A stretch of 64,000 bases of DNA from Minisyncoccota bacterium (lineage in GTDB: Bacteria > Patescibacteriota > Minisyncoccia > UBA6257 > 02-FULL-45-10c). The notes beneath the pieces are model-generated. The model was given only the letters and a program-made list of their open reading frames with translations, was not told the origin of the DNA and did not search any database. Positions 63,910 through 64,000 of this stretch are shown here, in pieces. The DNA lies in the NCBI GenBank assembly GCA_028716745.1, contig JAQUPE010000002.1:29819-93818 (forward strand), in the 5' to 3' direction. Numbering within the stretch: position 1 is the stretch's first letter; each line of letters opens with the position of its first letter. Both the position numbers and the translations under genes were made by a program.

Positions 63910-64000
63910 ATTAGAATTTCTGGACCAAGCTGTAAATTGGTAATAAGACTGCGGCAAACAATAATCCGACGCCGACGCCGATAATTACCATTAATATAGG
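63910..64000 (-). CDS. pilC: 3' end of a PilC/GspF-family platform protein gene running off the window end
   Basis: The C-terminal translation ...IGVGVGLLFAAVLLPIYSLVQKF* matches the conserved end of T2SS-F domains (LLP[IM]F/Y). Confidence 0.45.

Noticed and set aside
1-64000. CRISPR arrays, rRNA genes, transposases or integrases
   Set aside because: No regularly spaced direct repeats, no rRNA-like conserved blocks, and no DDE, tyrosine or serine recombinase signatures were found on either strand.

Overview
Low-GC (mid-30s % by eye), densely packed bacterial chromosome segment. Genes are small and often overlap by 1-8 nt. The content is mostly housekeeping: rnpB, rnhA, pgk, mraY, scpAB, dnaX, typA, tRNA-Gln, a cold-shock protein, an ABC-F ATPase, secA, hpf, tpiA, galT, the mreBCD-pbp2 cluster plus a second mreB, rseP, frr, holB, a ribosomal/rpoA block (rpsI-rplM / rplQ-rpoA-rpsD-rpsK-rpsM-rpmJ-infA), alaS, rmuC, rnc, nusB, rpmF, rnhB and a type IV pilus cluster (4 pilin-like genes, pilD, partial pilC). 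Several proteins are reduced: rpoA lacks the alpha-CTD, AlaRS is 577 aa and DnaX 372 aa. There are no obvious biosynthetic genes. This pattern suggests, by inference only, a reduced-genome Patescibacteria/CPR-like organism. No rRNA, CRISPR array, transposase or integrase is visible. The standout accessory content is a tandem triplet of ~1,420-aa secreted paralogs at 19.7-32.6 kb. Each has an N-terminal signal peptide, about 750 aa of GNVGIGTT-type fibre-like repeats, a 7-repeat LVIVD-type beta-propeller module, a near-identical 'YIQQLEAGGIETGTLS' connector and a divergent Cys-containing C-terminal tip. A 424-nt tract is about 98% identical between copies 2 and 3, which is a recent gene-conversion signature. 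Other notable items are listed below. A GC-elevated three-gene cassette of stand-alone receiver (REC) paralogs, two of them degenerate at the phospho-acceptor position, sits at 10.2-11.4 kb. A 33-nt GC-rich repeat occurs twice, once in frame inside rnhA and once inside a 14-nt direct-repeat-flanked 49-nt insertion at the 5' end of tRNA-Gln. RNase P RNA is unannotated and has its own consensus promoter and terminator. rpmJ and rpmF are missing from the ORF track. The hpf and ABC-F genes have structured leaders, and a GC-rich structured element lies downstream of rpsI.
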